Shown one piece after another: positions 7,950 through 16,530 of a DNA stretch of 50,078 nucleotides; within the stretch, counting starts at the first letter, position 1; each line of letters begins with the position of its first letter. Where the stretch lies: the sequence record NC_107631.1; one strand, written 5' to 3'. This stretch comes from a phage. The notes beneath the pieces were generated by a model. The model saw only the letters and a program-made list of their open reading frames with translations, did no database searches and was not told the DNA's origin. The position numbers were made by a program, and so were the translations under genes.

Positions 7950-9958
7950 TCCGGGATATCCTCCATACCGAAGTCTTTACGTGAAATAATATCTTCTTTC
8001 TTCTGGTTGCGACGATGAGTTACGCGCACCGGGTGAGCAATATGATGTGAGTATTGCAAAATCTTGATGGCGTTCTTCATTCCGATAAAGTAGCGGCGCA
8101 TTTTAGGATCTGACACATGAGGTAATACACCTTTCGTTTTCCATAGCGTACCGCAAATCTTAGAGTCAGACTCGGGGAAGAATTTTTCATACGCCTTGAA
8201 CTCATCACCATCGTCGTTAATCAGAGTGTATTTGTATATTATACCTTTCTGGTTTTTGGTTAGCGTAACCTCAAAATTCTTTACTTCATACCAGTCATTC
8301 TTAGTGTACGCCTTACCGGATAACTTCAGGTTAGGATCGACAAGAGAAACATCACAACAACGACAGACTCGCGCAACAACATCATTCTCTGCACCGCATC
8401 CTTTAACAAGGATTTTCCCGGTTCGCTCGTCAACCTGGTCCTCACAAATCTGAGAAGTCCAGAAATGATCGCAACGCTCACCATCAATGACATTAACGCA
8501 TCGTCGAGCATAGAAGCTATTTACGCAACCGCATTTCGGACACGTTTTCGGGTCTTTTCCGTTTTCAAAACGCTTTTGGAATTGTGCCTGCTCAAGTATC
8601 GGATCGAAATAAAGCTGACCCAACTCATCCATCGTACCTGCGAAATCCCATACCAGATGGTCCTGCTTAACCATTCCCTCAGCAACCTGCCAAGATTTAA
8701 GCAGACGCATACCCCTACCCAAAAGTTGAATTAACAGTGTGAGCGACCCTATCTTGCGGAGTATGACACTGAAATCCCAATTTGGAACGTTAACGCCAGT
8801 AGTGAGCGCCATTACCTGAAAGGTGTATTTAATTTTTCCGGCCCTTACATCGTCAAGAATCTTCTTGCGCGCTTTGTTGTCTGTGTCGCCAGTGATGATT
8901 GCATAGGTACTTCCAGGAGGAAGTGCAGCCGCCGCCTCTTTGCAGTGACGCACCCCGGCGCATGTAATCAGTACCGCGTTACGCTCTTCAGCCTTTTTGG
9001 CAACCATTTGCATGATTCGCTGAGTAAGAGATTTATCATGAAGGATCTCATCTTCCATTGCCTTCATATCTTTCTCTGTAAAGTCCTGTACCCCATCCTC
9101 GCTTGAAGCCTTGAATTTATCAAGATCGTAGTGAACTCCGTCCGTCGAACCGAATATAGTCGGCACAACAGAACCGAACTCAATAAGATAATTTGTGTCA
9201 ATATCAGTCACGCGCTCACGCCAGAATCCAAGAGCTTTCGGATTCTCTACCAGAATAGGAACTACACCCCGAAATTCAGATCCAGTCATACCAAATATTC
9301 TGAGATCGTGACCGTGAACCTTTTTACAGCGCCGCATCATTTCCATGATTACGATCGTGTACTGACTGCGCTTAGTTCCAAGCAAAGGTTTTCCATCATT
9401 ACCAATCATGGGGATATCTCCGTCCATGATAACCTTCCCTTTCTCGCCCCTCATCTGCTCCATCGTTTCCTTGCCTTCGATGGCTTGCGCAAGGTCTTCC
9501 CAATCCACCTGGTGACATTCGTCGATCCCAATTACATGCGGTACGAAATCAGCTAACTCATTGTCGAGGCCATTTGCAACAGTACCCTCTGAGCCAACCA
9601 CGATCGGAAAGTAGCAGGACTTGATTCCAAGTGACGCTGAGAAGATGGAGTTCGTTACCCCGAAGTTGTCGATCTCTTCGCTATCCTGATCGACAATCTC
9701 ACCCTGACGAGCCAGGACAAGCATTTTTAAGCCCATTTTCTGACACTGCTTTGCCACCATAGCGAAGATGATTGTCTTACCTGCGGATACAGACGCTTTA
9801 ACGAAGAATGGATGCTCGTAATTTGATAGGCGTTTCGCGATCTCGGCATAAGCAACAACCTGGTACGGATAAGGAACAACCTCACCAACAGTAAATCGCT
9901 CCTGAGTTCTCTTTATATAGTCATCGCCAAGTAATGCAATCTGTTTTTTAATGTTCAT
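7946..9958 (-). CDS. SF2 DNA helicase (DEAH-type) with C-terminal zinc-ribbon
   Basis: Walker A-like SAGKT, motif II IGIDECHQ, C-terminal CPKCGC..C..C cluster; start moved to ATG at Met3 because track start is GTG. Confidence 0.8.
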   Translation of the reverse strand: MNIKKQIALLGDDYIKRTQERFTVGEVVPYPYQVVAYAEIAKRLSNYEHPFFVKASVSAGKTIIFAMVAKQCQKMGLKMLVLARQGEIVDQDSEEIDNFGVTNSIFSASLGIKSCYFPIVVGSEGTVANGLDNELADFVPHVIGIDECHQVDWEDLAQAIEGKETMEQMRGEKGKVIMDGDIPMIGNDGKPLLGTKRSQYTIVIMEMMRRCKKVHGHDLRIFGMTGSEFRGVVPILVENPKALGFWRERVTDIDTNYLIEFGSVVPTIFGSTDGVHYDLDKFKASSEDGVQDFTEKDMKAMEDEILHDKSLTQRIMQMVAKKAEERNAVLITCAGVRHCKEAAAALPPGSTYAIITGDTDNKARKKILDDVRAGKIKYTFQVMALTTGVNVPNWDFSVILRKIGSLTLLIQLLGRGMRLLKSWQVAEGMVKQDHLVWDFAGTMDELGQLYFDPILEQAQFQKRFENGKDPKTCPKCGCVNSFYARRCVNVIDGERCDHFWTSQICEDQVDERTGKILVKGCGAENDVVARVCRCCDVSLVDPNLKLSGKAYTKNDWYEVKNFEVTLTKNQKGIIYKYTLINDDGDEFKAYEKFFPESDSKICGTLWKTKGVLPHVSDPKMRRYFIGMKNAIKILQYSHHIAHPVRVTHRRNQKKEDIISRKDFGMEDIPE

Positions 9959-9977
9959 TGTCACGGCTATTAATCCT

Positions 9978-10006
9978 TTGAATCGTTGTAACGTTTACGC
10001 TATAAT
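9978..10006 (+). promoter_or_regulatory. strong sigma70 early promoter for the HTH regulator gene
   Basis: TTGAAT-N17-TATAAT. Confidence 0.6.
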
Positions 10007-10045
10007 ACACGGCATACAGTAAACGTTTTTAGCAAAAAGTGCTAT
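10002..10045 (-). promoter_or_regulatory. dyad-motif promoter driving the helicase operon, overlapping the divergent early promoter
   Basis: Dyad TTAGCAA-AAA-GTGCTAT (ATAGCAC-TTT-TTGCTAA on minus) with TATTAT 28 nt downstream on the minus strand; the same dyad lies in the 5'UTR of the plus-strand transcript. Confidence 0.5.
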
Positions 10046-10057
10046 AGGAGAATTAAG

Positions 10058-10510
10058 ATGAGTATTCAACGTATCGCAGAGTCAACTGGTGAAATCGATA
10101 AACGTCACATCAATGGTAACAACGGAACACGACGCGGTAAAGATAAAAAGCCACGACAGCGCTGCGGATTCTATATTCATAAAGAAGAAACACGCGCAGG
10201 ATTGCGAGCACGACTTGATGCGCTTATCGAATATTATGGTGGCCCTGCGGCCTGCGCAAAGGCTCTAAAAGTTAGCAATCAGACGGTGCAAGGCTGGAAA
10301 GAACGCAATATGATTTCATGGCAAGGTGCTGAAGCTGCGCATCGTGCTTACCGCCGACAGGGGTGTAAAGGGTTTAGGGCCGCATGGTTGCGATTCGACC
10401 TGAAGTTTGACGGTAACGGCAAGTGCATTGAGAAGCGATGCAAGAACAAGAAGTTTATGCGAGTGGTGAAGAAGGAAGATATCGGGACGACCAATAGCAT
10501 TTTTAGTTAA
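10058..10510 (+). CDS. HTH DNA-binding protein, candidate transcriptional regulator
   Basis: Cro/C1-type HTH signature (AKALKVSNQTVQGW); basic protein; RBS AGGAG. Confidence 0.6.
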   Translation: MSIQRIAESTGEIDKRHINGNNGTRRGKDKKPRQRCGFYIHKEETRAGLRARLDALIEYYGGPAACAKALKVSNQTVQGWKERNMISWQGAEAAHRAYRRQGCKGFRAAWLRFDLKFDGNGKCIEKRCKNKKFMRVVKKEDIGTTNSIFS

Positions 10511-10517
10511 AACAAAC

Positions 10518-10556
10518 GACGCGTAGCGGGTTAATATCCTTCTACGCGTTTTTTAT
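10518..10556 (+). terminator. intrinsic terminator
   Basis: GACGCGTAG-loop-CTACGCGT followed by TTTTTTATTTT. Confidence 0.7.
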
Positions 10557-10571
10557 TTTGGAGATCTGGAA

Positions 10572-11507
10572 GTGAACGAAGAATTTATGATGTTTCAGAA
10601 AGAGGACGTTTTGCCGTACATGAAGGGGTTATGGCGCGAGGCTTTCCAGTCCGTATGCGGATTACCGAACGAGGTTTTCAACAAGAAGCACCAACCTTGC
10701 CCTAACTGTGGCGGCAAGGACCGTTTTCGCTGGACCGATAACTTAAACACTCCGGGCGACGGCGGCGCGATCTGCAACTCATGCGGGAACGATTCCGGGA
10801 TCGGGTGGCTAATGAAATTAACTGGCATGCCGTACAGTGAATGTATAAACATCCTGGGGAGATTTCTCGGAAAGGTTCCACAGGAATACATTGTTAAGGC
10901 AAACAAGAAAGCACGCAGGACTCCGGTCTCTGGCGTCAACGTCATGATGGCAGACCATGAAGCAGTAATGAAAGTTATGGAGCGTACAGAGAAGCGCGTA
11001 AACACACCCCTAAGCATTTTTGAGTCGCTACCCACTGAATCATTCGACGTTGGCGTAAAACGTCGAGAAGATGGCGGGGAGAGCGTATTTCACACTATCC
11101 CGTGTCAACTTGTGCACGAGGATGGACTTGATGACGAGTTTTGCAATATTTTGATTATTGATGAAGAAGGGAGGGAGTCATTTTACGCTAAGAAATATAC
11201 GAGTTGCTCGGTTGCCGTGACTGGTAAAACTGAAAAGGCGATCTACTTATGCCTGAACTGGATTGATGCTCAGCATATTGCATTTCACACAAAGCAAGAG
11301 GTATGGGCCTGCTTCACTCCTGAAAACCTAGAAATGGTTGCGTACAGGTATAAAGGTGATCGAGAAGTAAGAGTGGCGTGCGAACCTTCGGACAAGGAGA
11401 CTTTATACATGGCAGACGACCGACAATTAAAAATAATCATCCCGAATCCTGGAGGATACCGTTCAGGAATGCAAGTCAAATTATTCTCAGCAAGTGACCT
11501 ACTCTAA
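10572..11507 (+). CDS. putative DNA primase-like protein with zinc-ribbon
   Basis: CPNCGG..(N)..CNSCGN zinc-ribbon typical of primases; possible TOPRIM-like IIDEEG; GTG start per track, ATG alternatives 15-18 nt later. Confidence 0.5.
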   Translation: MNEEFMMFQKEDVLPYMKGLWREAFQSVCGLPNEVFNKKHQPCPNCGGKDRFRWTDNLNTPGDGGAICNSCGNDSGIGWLMKLTGMPYSECINILGRFLGKVPQEYIVKANKKARRTPVSGVNVMMADHEAVMKVMERTEKRVNTPLSIFESLPTESFDVGVKRREDGGESVFHTIPCQLVHEDGLDDEFCNILIIDEEGRESFYAKKYTSCSVAVTGKTEKAIYLCLNWIDAQHIAFHTKQEVWACFTPENLEMVAYRYKGDREVRVACEPSDKETLYMADDRQLKIIIPNPGGYRSGMQVKLFSASDLL

Positions 11508-11530
11508 CCGCCTTTGGGCGGTTTTTTATT
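11506..11530 (+). terminator. intrinsic terminator
   Basis: AACCGCC-tttg-GGCGGTT then T-run. Confidence 0.7.
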
Positions 11531-11535
11531 GCCCA

Positions 11536-11564
11536 TTGCAAGGCAGGTATCACAATGATAAAAT
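11536..11564 (+). promoter_or_regulatory. sigma70 promoter for the tail-fibre gene
   Basis: TTGCAA-N17-TAAAAT; predicted transcript starts at the dyad motif. Confidence 0.5.
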
Positions 11565-11570
11565 CTGTGC

Positions 11571-11587
11571 TTAGCAATTCGTGCTAT
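11571..11587 (+). promoter_or_regulatory. dyad element in 5'UTR next to RBS
   Basis: TTAGCAA-TTC-GTGCTAT, 6 nt before AAGGAG. Confidence 0.6.
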
Positions 11588-11607
11588 TTACTTAAGGAGT
11601 TTATACT

Positions 11608-13473
11608 ATGGCTTTATATAGACGCGGTACTGCATCAATGGATGCAGACGGCACGGTTCACGGAACCGATACAAAATGGAAAGATCAGCTTGCTCTGATT
11701 CGAGTCGGTGCAACTATCGTATTCCTGGAGCAACCGATTAAGCTGGCGGTAATCAGCGATATTGTGAGCGATACGGAAATGAAGGCTATCTCTACGGATG
11801 GTCAGACTGCAGCTGACGGAAAGTATGTGATCTTGCTTAGCGATTCACTAACCGTTAACGGGCTTGCGCAAAACGTTGCTGAGACGCTTCGATACTATCA
11901 AAGCAAAGAGACTGAGATCGCGGCAGCTATAGACCTGATAAATCAGCTTGACATGACTAAACTTGAGCAAATAGTTACTGAAGTGAATCAGGCAAAATCT
12001 GATGCTCAAGATGCGCAAGGTCAGGCTGAACTAGCTCGTGATGCCGCTAACGCTGCGCGCGATGAAACCAACTCAATCAAGGACCAGGCTCAGGGAATTG
12101 TTGACGGCGCTGTCGATGGAATTAATGCCGCAAAAGACCAAGCGATCACAGATGTAGGCGCTAAAGAATCTGCGGCGGTTACGCACATCGACACGGAAGA
12201 GGCGGCAGCTATTCAGGCAATCAATGACGCTAAAGGCGATCTATCCGGGTATGTTAATGACGCTCAAACAGCTGCACAAACAGCCACATCTGCAAAGAAC
12301 GATGCTCAGTTGGCGCGTAATGATGCTGTTAGCTCAAAAGATGCGGCGGCGGTAAGTGCTCAGGAAGCGAAAGACGCAGCAAATAGCATTAATGCTGAAA
12401 ACCTTTTAACTAAGGATGGAAACCTGGCAGGTTTAACAGATCCAGAGGAGGCAAGGTACAACCTAAAACTGACTGAGTGGGGGTTGTTAAGTGACGCATC
12501 ATCTGCTGGTGTTTCTGATATAAACGCAATATCTGTAAACTGCAATTACAGCGTGCCACCAAAAAACACCAATAATTTAACTGGTACATATCCATTTGAG
12601 CACGTTCAAAATCTTGATGATGGTTGGTTAATTCTTGAAACACGTATGCATCCAGATCCTAATTATGGAATTCAGAGGGCTACTCAATTCACAGGCAATT
12701 CCGCTGGCTCCGTTAGCGTGAGATGCAAGATCAATGGAGCTTGGGGGAATTGGGGTCAGGAAAGAGGATCGCATGGATATCTTGCAAACGTAATACTTGA
12801 CAGAGCAACATTTAGATCTGTCGGTACTGCTTCTGGAGGTGCTGGGGCGTTGGTTGGCGGTGGAGTTGAGGGTGGTGCGTATCAACAATGGAGAGATAGA
12901 GCTACTGGATTACTGGTTGAGGCAATTGCGAAAGATGCAGCGGTATCAATATTCAAGAGTGTAATGTGGGGCCAAGATTGGATTGGGGGTCTTGATTGTG
13001 TTCTATGGGGTGCTGGCAGTAAGGAGATGAAACTTTATACTGGTGGCGCTGAGTTCACTTTTAATTACGCAGGAGTAGCTACAGCAGCTCAGTGGACAAG
13101 TACATCTGATATCAGGCTGAAAACAAATCTTAATAAAATTGAGTCGGCAACCGAGAAAGTGGAGAGGCTCGTTGGTTATACTTACTACAAGAGAAACACC
13201 ATTGAAGAAACTGAAAACTCAAGGTATGAGATTGAGGCTGGTATAGTAGCTCAGGATCTTGAAATGGTTCTACCTGAGGCTGTTCTTAGCATAAACAGCA
13301 AAGGTGAACTCGACCCTAAAAGAGAGGGTATTAAGAGTGTCAATTATGCTGGAGTTGCGGCACTTCTTGTTAACGCATTTAACGAGCAGAAGAAAAGGTC
13401 TGATGAAATGGAGTTAAAAATAAATGAAATGATAAAGGAGATTGACGAAATCAAAAAACTATTGAACAAGTAA
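11608..13473 (+). CDS. tail fibre protein with C-terminal intramolecular chaperone (peptidase S74-like) domain
   Basis: N-terminal coiled/repeat region rich in D-A-Q/A-A-N-A; C-terminal SDIRLKTNL..VGYTYYKRN..EAGIVAQDLE resembles the self-cleaving chaperone domain of T5 pb1/endosialidase fibres. Confidence 0.8.
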   Translation: MALYRRGTASMDADGTVHGTDTKWKDQLALIRVGATIVFLEQPIKLAVISDIVSDTEMKAISTDGQTAADGKYVILLSDSLTVNGLAQNVAETLRYYQSKETEIAAAIDLINQLDMTKLEQIVTEVNQAKSDAQDAQGQAELARDAANAARDETNSIKDQAQGIVDGAVDGINAAKDQAITDVGAKESAAVTHIDTEEAAAIQAINDAKGDLSGYVNDAQTAAQTATSAKNDAQLARNDAVSSKDAAAVSAQEAKDAANSINAENLLTKDGNLAGLTDPEEARYNLKLTEWGLLSDASSAGVSDINAISVNCNYSVPPKNTNNLTGTYPFEHVQNLDDGWLILETRMHPDPNYGIQRATQFTGNSAGSVSVRCKINGAWGNWGQERGSHGYLANVILDRATFRSVGTASGGAGALVGGGVEGGAYQQWRDRATGLLVEAIAKDAAVSIFKSVMWGQDWIGGLDCVLWGAGSKEMKLYTGGAEFTFNYAGVATAAQWTSTSDIRLKTNLNKIESATEKVERLVGYTYYKRNTIEETENSRYEIEAGIVAQDLEMVLPEAVLSINSKGELDPKREGIKSVNYAGVAALLVNAFNEQKKRSDEMELKINEMIKEIDEIKKLLNK

Positions 13474-13475
13474 AA

Positions 13476-13503
13476 CAAATCCCCGCATTGCGGGGATTTT
13501 TAT
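13476..13503. terminator. bidirectional intrinsic terminator
   Basis: AATCCCCG-cattg-CGGGGATT followed by TTTT; lies between convergent genes. Confidence 0.75.
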
Positions 13504-13919
13504 TAGAACGGAATATCGTCATCAAATGTTGACTGAGGGTTAGGTTGTGGTTGTTGTTGAGTTCGCTGTTGCTGCTGAGGTGATCTCTGTTGTTGATTGC
13601 TTTGCCCTCGTTGACTGAATACCAGCTTAGGGAAATCAGCAGCCTGCAATGAATTGTAAGTAGTTCCGTTGTGCTCACGGGATGAGATCTTCAACGTTTC
13701 GCAAGATACTGAAATTACCCGACCAACCTGAAACGCTTCACGATACCAATCAGCAAGGCCAGGCTTTCCACCATCGCTAAAAAAGAATGTGTAGTTGGTG
13801 TATTCACGATCGCCATCACGAGGCTTATAGCTTTCTGCCAGTTCGATGATATAAGTATTGCCGCCGTTACGTTCAAGAATCTTAGGTTCTTTGCGGATCT
13901 CGCCAGTTATAATATGCAT
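13503..13919 (-). CDS. ssb: single-stranded DNA-binding protein
   Basis: OB-fold-like N-terminus, Gln/Pro-rich linker, canonical acidic C-terminal tail DDDIPF. Confidence 0.85.
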   Translation of the reverse strand: MHIITGEIRKEPKILERNGGNTYIIELAESYKPRDGDREYTNYTFFFSDGGKPGLADWYREAFQVGRVISVSCETLKISSREHNGTTYNSLQAADFPKLVFSQRGQSNQQQRSPQQQQRTQQQPQPNPQSTFDDDIPF

Positions 13920-13964
13920 TATTTCTCTCCTAAAATTTATGGGCGACCGAAGCCGCCCTGATGA

Positions 13965-14612
13965 TTATTCGAAGTTGGTGATTGATTGAGATTGTACAGG
14001 CTTCGCGCTAGTTGCTTCAACCTGTTTTTTCTGTTCCGGTTGCGCCGGGCGAATACCACGAGCTTTACCGATCTCAAACTTAGCCTTAAGTGCGTTGTAG
14101 TGATCCTGAATGATTGACTTGCTTGCCGTGTCCGTCTGGCGGTAAGCGTTAGCCCATACCTCTTTCAGTGATTCGATATCTTCACACGCATCAAGTTCTT
14201 TTTTCCAGTCCTTGACAGATTTCACTGCAAGCTGAGCATCGTCATCACTCTGGCTAATCCCCAGCGCTGCGGCTAATGAGTAACGTCGAGCATACGTCAT
14301 TGCGGAACCTACGCCTTGCGGATCGCGTTTTGCAATCGGCATCATCATGAAGAATTTGGCCCACTGCCCGGATTTATGAATCAACATCGTCTCAAGATGG
14401 AAGGTCGTTTCCGTGCTTGTATCAAGCATTGATTGCAAGATCATAATATCGTTGTCGGTGAGCGCCGGGCTAACGGCTGACATCATTGCATCAAGGGTTG
14501 CGTATGAATTTTTCAGGTGGTTGTTTTTTGCGTCCTTCTTTGCTTTAGCAAATTTGTTGCGAGCATTGAACAGTGCTGGAAGGATTTCGTTCGTTTCTGG
14601 TGATAATTGCAT
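13965..14612 (-). CDS. erf: ERF-family single-strand annealing recombinase
   Basis: Similar to P22 Erf: N..K.AKAKKD..NSYATLDAMMSAVSPAL and AMTYARRYSLAAALGI; start moved to Met12 with conserved ACCAATCAGGAG RBS. Confidence 0.75.
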   Translation of the reverse strand: MQLSPETNEILPALFNARNKFAKAKKDAKNNHLKNSYATLDAMMSAVSPALTDNDIMILQSMLDTSTETTFHLETMLIHKSGQWAKFFMMMPIAKRDPQGVGSAMTYARRYSLAAALGISQSDDDAQLAVKSVKDWKKELDACEDIESLKEVWANAYRQTDTASKSIIQDHYNALKAKFEIGKARGIRPAQPEQKKQVEATSAKPVQSQSITNFE

Positions 14613-14686
14613 CTTTACTTCTCCTGATTGGTGTATGAGGTGCATTATAACACCTCATTAATTATTTGTTTAGCTATTTGTGCCGT

Positions 14687-15751
14687 TTACTTATTTTGGT
14701 AACGCACCCATGATGGCGTTTCAAGTTCGATCTCGCTTGCGTCGCCAGCGTACCCAGGCCAAACATCCATTTCAGAGCAAGCCTTGTAAGTGTGGACTAC
14801 GCTAATGTACTGGTTACGACCGATCCTGATTTGCTCCATAGTCATACGGTAAGCAAGTGCGATGTAAGGCTCTTTTTTCTCCTGCGTAAGCAATCGAACT
14901 ACGATCGGGATATCTTCCGGAAAGTTTCCTTCAAAAGCGCCAGCCTGGATTGCACGTCGTAGCAGGTCATGCTGCAAGGCCATTTTTAGATAATACCCGT
15001 GATTGTATGCCAGTCTAGGGAACTCTAACGGGTTAGCGCTCATCGTGGTTTTGAAGTCAGTGATAATTAGCGCTTCAGGGAAAATAACGTCTTCAAATAC
15101 CGGATCGCCGTTCTCATCATAACCAGTCAGCACGCGGCCTGGAACATTCTCTTTGTAGTCCAGATGGTCAAGACGAACCTTAACTTTGACGCCGGATATC
15201 TCACCGAAGATTGAGATCTCACGCTGAGCCGTCTCGCTATTGATGCACGCTTCATGATCCTGATTTTGCTCAAGGATTGCCCTCATCTTCATGCAGGCGT
15301 CGTATTTGTCAGCGTCAACCAATTTCTTTCCTTCAGCGCGCGCCTCGGCCTCAGCAATTAGTTCAATCAGATATTGGACGTTAAGGTCTTCACCACAATC
15401 AACCATCATTTTGATGAGGTCCGGGTACTGCTTACCGGATGTACCTTTCAGGCCGAATGATTTTAATTTAGATGCCAGCGCCGCCTGCGAAGTAATCAGA
15501 TCCTTAAACTCTGCCGGAGCCGGGCAACGGGCATACGATGCAGTAAACAGATCTCGGCTCTCAAAGTTGGTATGCGACTGAGTGCCGAACTCCAGCGCTT
15601 TCGTTGTCTCATTCTTCTTGAATCGCCAGTTAGCCGGGCAAGTTTGATAGATTTCTGCAAGGCTCGATCCGCTCACATACTCTGCCGCCCAACCTTCGTT
15701 GCTATGATACTCGTCATTAGAAAGCTGACTTGATGTGAATACCTGGAACAT
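14687..15751 (-). CDS. PD-(D/E)XK exonuclease (recombination partner of ERF)
   Basis: IITDFKTT motif of RecB/Cas4-type nucleases; first gene of an exo-erf-ssb operon; AGGAG RBS. Confidence 0.6.
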   Translation of the reverse strand: MFQVFTSSQLSNDEYHSNEGWAAEYVSGSSLAEIYQTCPANWRFKKNETTKALEFGTQSHTNFESRDLFTASYARCPAPAEFKDLITSQAALASKLKSFGLKGTSGKQYPDLIKMMVDCGEDLNVQYLIELIAEAEARAEGKKLVDADKYDACMKMRAILEQNQDHEACINSETAQREISIFGEISGVKVKVRLDHLDYKENVPGRVLTGYDENGDPVFEDVIFPEALIITDFKTTMSANPLEFPRLAYNHGYYLKMALQHDLLRRAIQAGAFEGNFPEDIPIVVRLLTQEKKEPYIALAYRMTMEQIRIGRNQYISVVHTYKACSEMDVWPGYAGDASEIELETPSWVRYQNK

Positions 15752-15782
15752 TGCGTTTATCTCCTTTGTTTACGATGAGTCA

Positions 15783-15810
15783 ATTATAGCCATTAACAGC
15801 GTTTAGTCAA
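15783..15810 (-). promoter_or_regulatory. strong sigma70 promoter for the recombination operon
   Basis: On minus strand TTGACT-N16-TATAAT. Confidence 0.55.
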
Positions 15811-16029
15811 TAGAATGCATGTAATTGGCGTGTAATTGCGTGTCTATATCGCTCAAGTTACAACCAGTGTCAACGCAATCAATATCTTAGCCATGTTTTT
15901 ATGTGGTGTCTATTGCGTAATACTTGTAACAGCATTTTCTTAGAAATACACGGATATCCATGAATAGAATCAATATTGATTAAATTTTGAACATATATGA
16001 TAGAAATTTGACGAATCAATAAAATCACC

Positions 16030-16200
16030 TGTTACACGATAGACAACTGTTACACAGCAATAATTATATATATAAAGCTAAAATTAAATATTATCTATCT
16101 ATATATATTATATAGAGTTTTTATCATATCCCTCTGCGGTCGGGTGGGGTGGATTTTGTAACACCCGTTCCGGTTACAAAAATAGACACCTGTTACACGA
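16030..16200. repeat. AT-rich block with (TA)n runs and repeated CTGTTACAC / GTGTTACA sites
   Basis: ATAGACA(A/C)CTGTTACAC occurs twice plus inverted TTTGTAACAC; TATATATA runs; divergent intergenic region. Confidence 0.6.
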
Positions 16201-16219
16201 AAAAATTGTAATCGCACTA

Positions 16220-16248
16220 TTGCAATAAAAGTAAATGCGACATACAAT
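16220..16248 (+). promoter_or_regulatory. sigma70 promoter for the lipoprotein gene
   Basis: TTGCAA-N17-TACAAT. Confidence 0.5.
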
Positions 16249-16277
16249 GCAATCACACTAACGACGAGGACATACAA

Positions 16278-16505
16278 ATGAAAAAGTTAATCACCATTAT
16301 CGCTGCGGCATTCATCCTGACTGGTTGCTCATCAATGCCTGAGCGAACTTGTACGGCAATTTATGAATCAGGAGGCTCAGAGTACTCGGTTTACGTTTTT
16401 GGATCTAAGATGCGAGGAGAGGAGATGCTATTGCGTGCTGGATACCCATTCTCCTTCAACTACGTATCAGAGAAAAACTTCAAGTCTCACGATTGCTCGA
16501 TATAA
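16278..16505 (+). CDS. small lipoprotein, candidate Cor/Llp-like superinfection-exclusion protein
   Basis: Signal peptide with lipobox LTGC; two further Cys; 75 aa; divergently placed beside tail-tip genes, as for T5 llp and T1/phi80 cor. Confidence 0.55.
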   Translation: MKKLITIIAAAFILTGCSSMPERTCTAIYESGGSEYSVYVFGSKMRGEEMLLRAGYPFSFNYVSEKNFKSHDCSI

Positions 16506-16530
16506 AAGAAAAGCCCCGCAAGGGGCTTAG
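16505..16530. terminator. bidirectional intrinsic terminator
   Basis: AAGCCCC-gca-AGGGGCTT with A/T runs on either side. Confidence 0.7.

Noticed and set aside
16030-16200. LexA box or DnaA box reading of the CTGTTACAC repeats.
   Set aside because: No ACAG partner at the LexA spacing and only 5-6 of 9 matches to TTATCCACA; kept as generic iteron-like sites.
16095-16277. Track ORF 16095..16277 on the minus strand.
   Set aside because: Lies wholly inside the AT-rich divergent promoter/iteron region and overlaps the predicted lipoprotein promoter; hydrophobic low-complexity translation.
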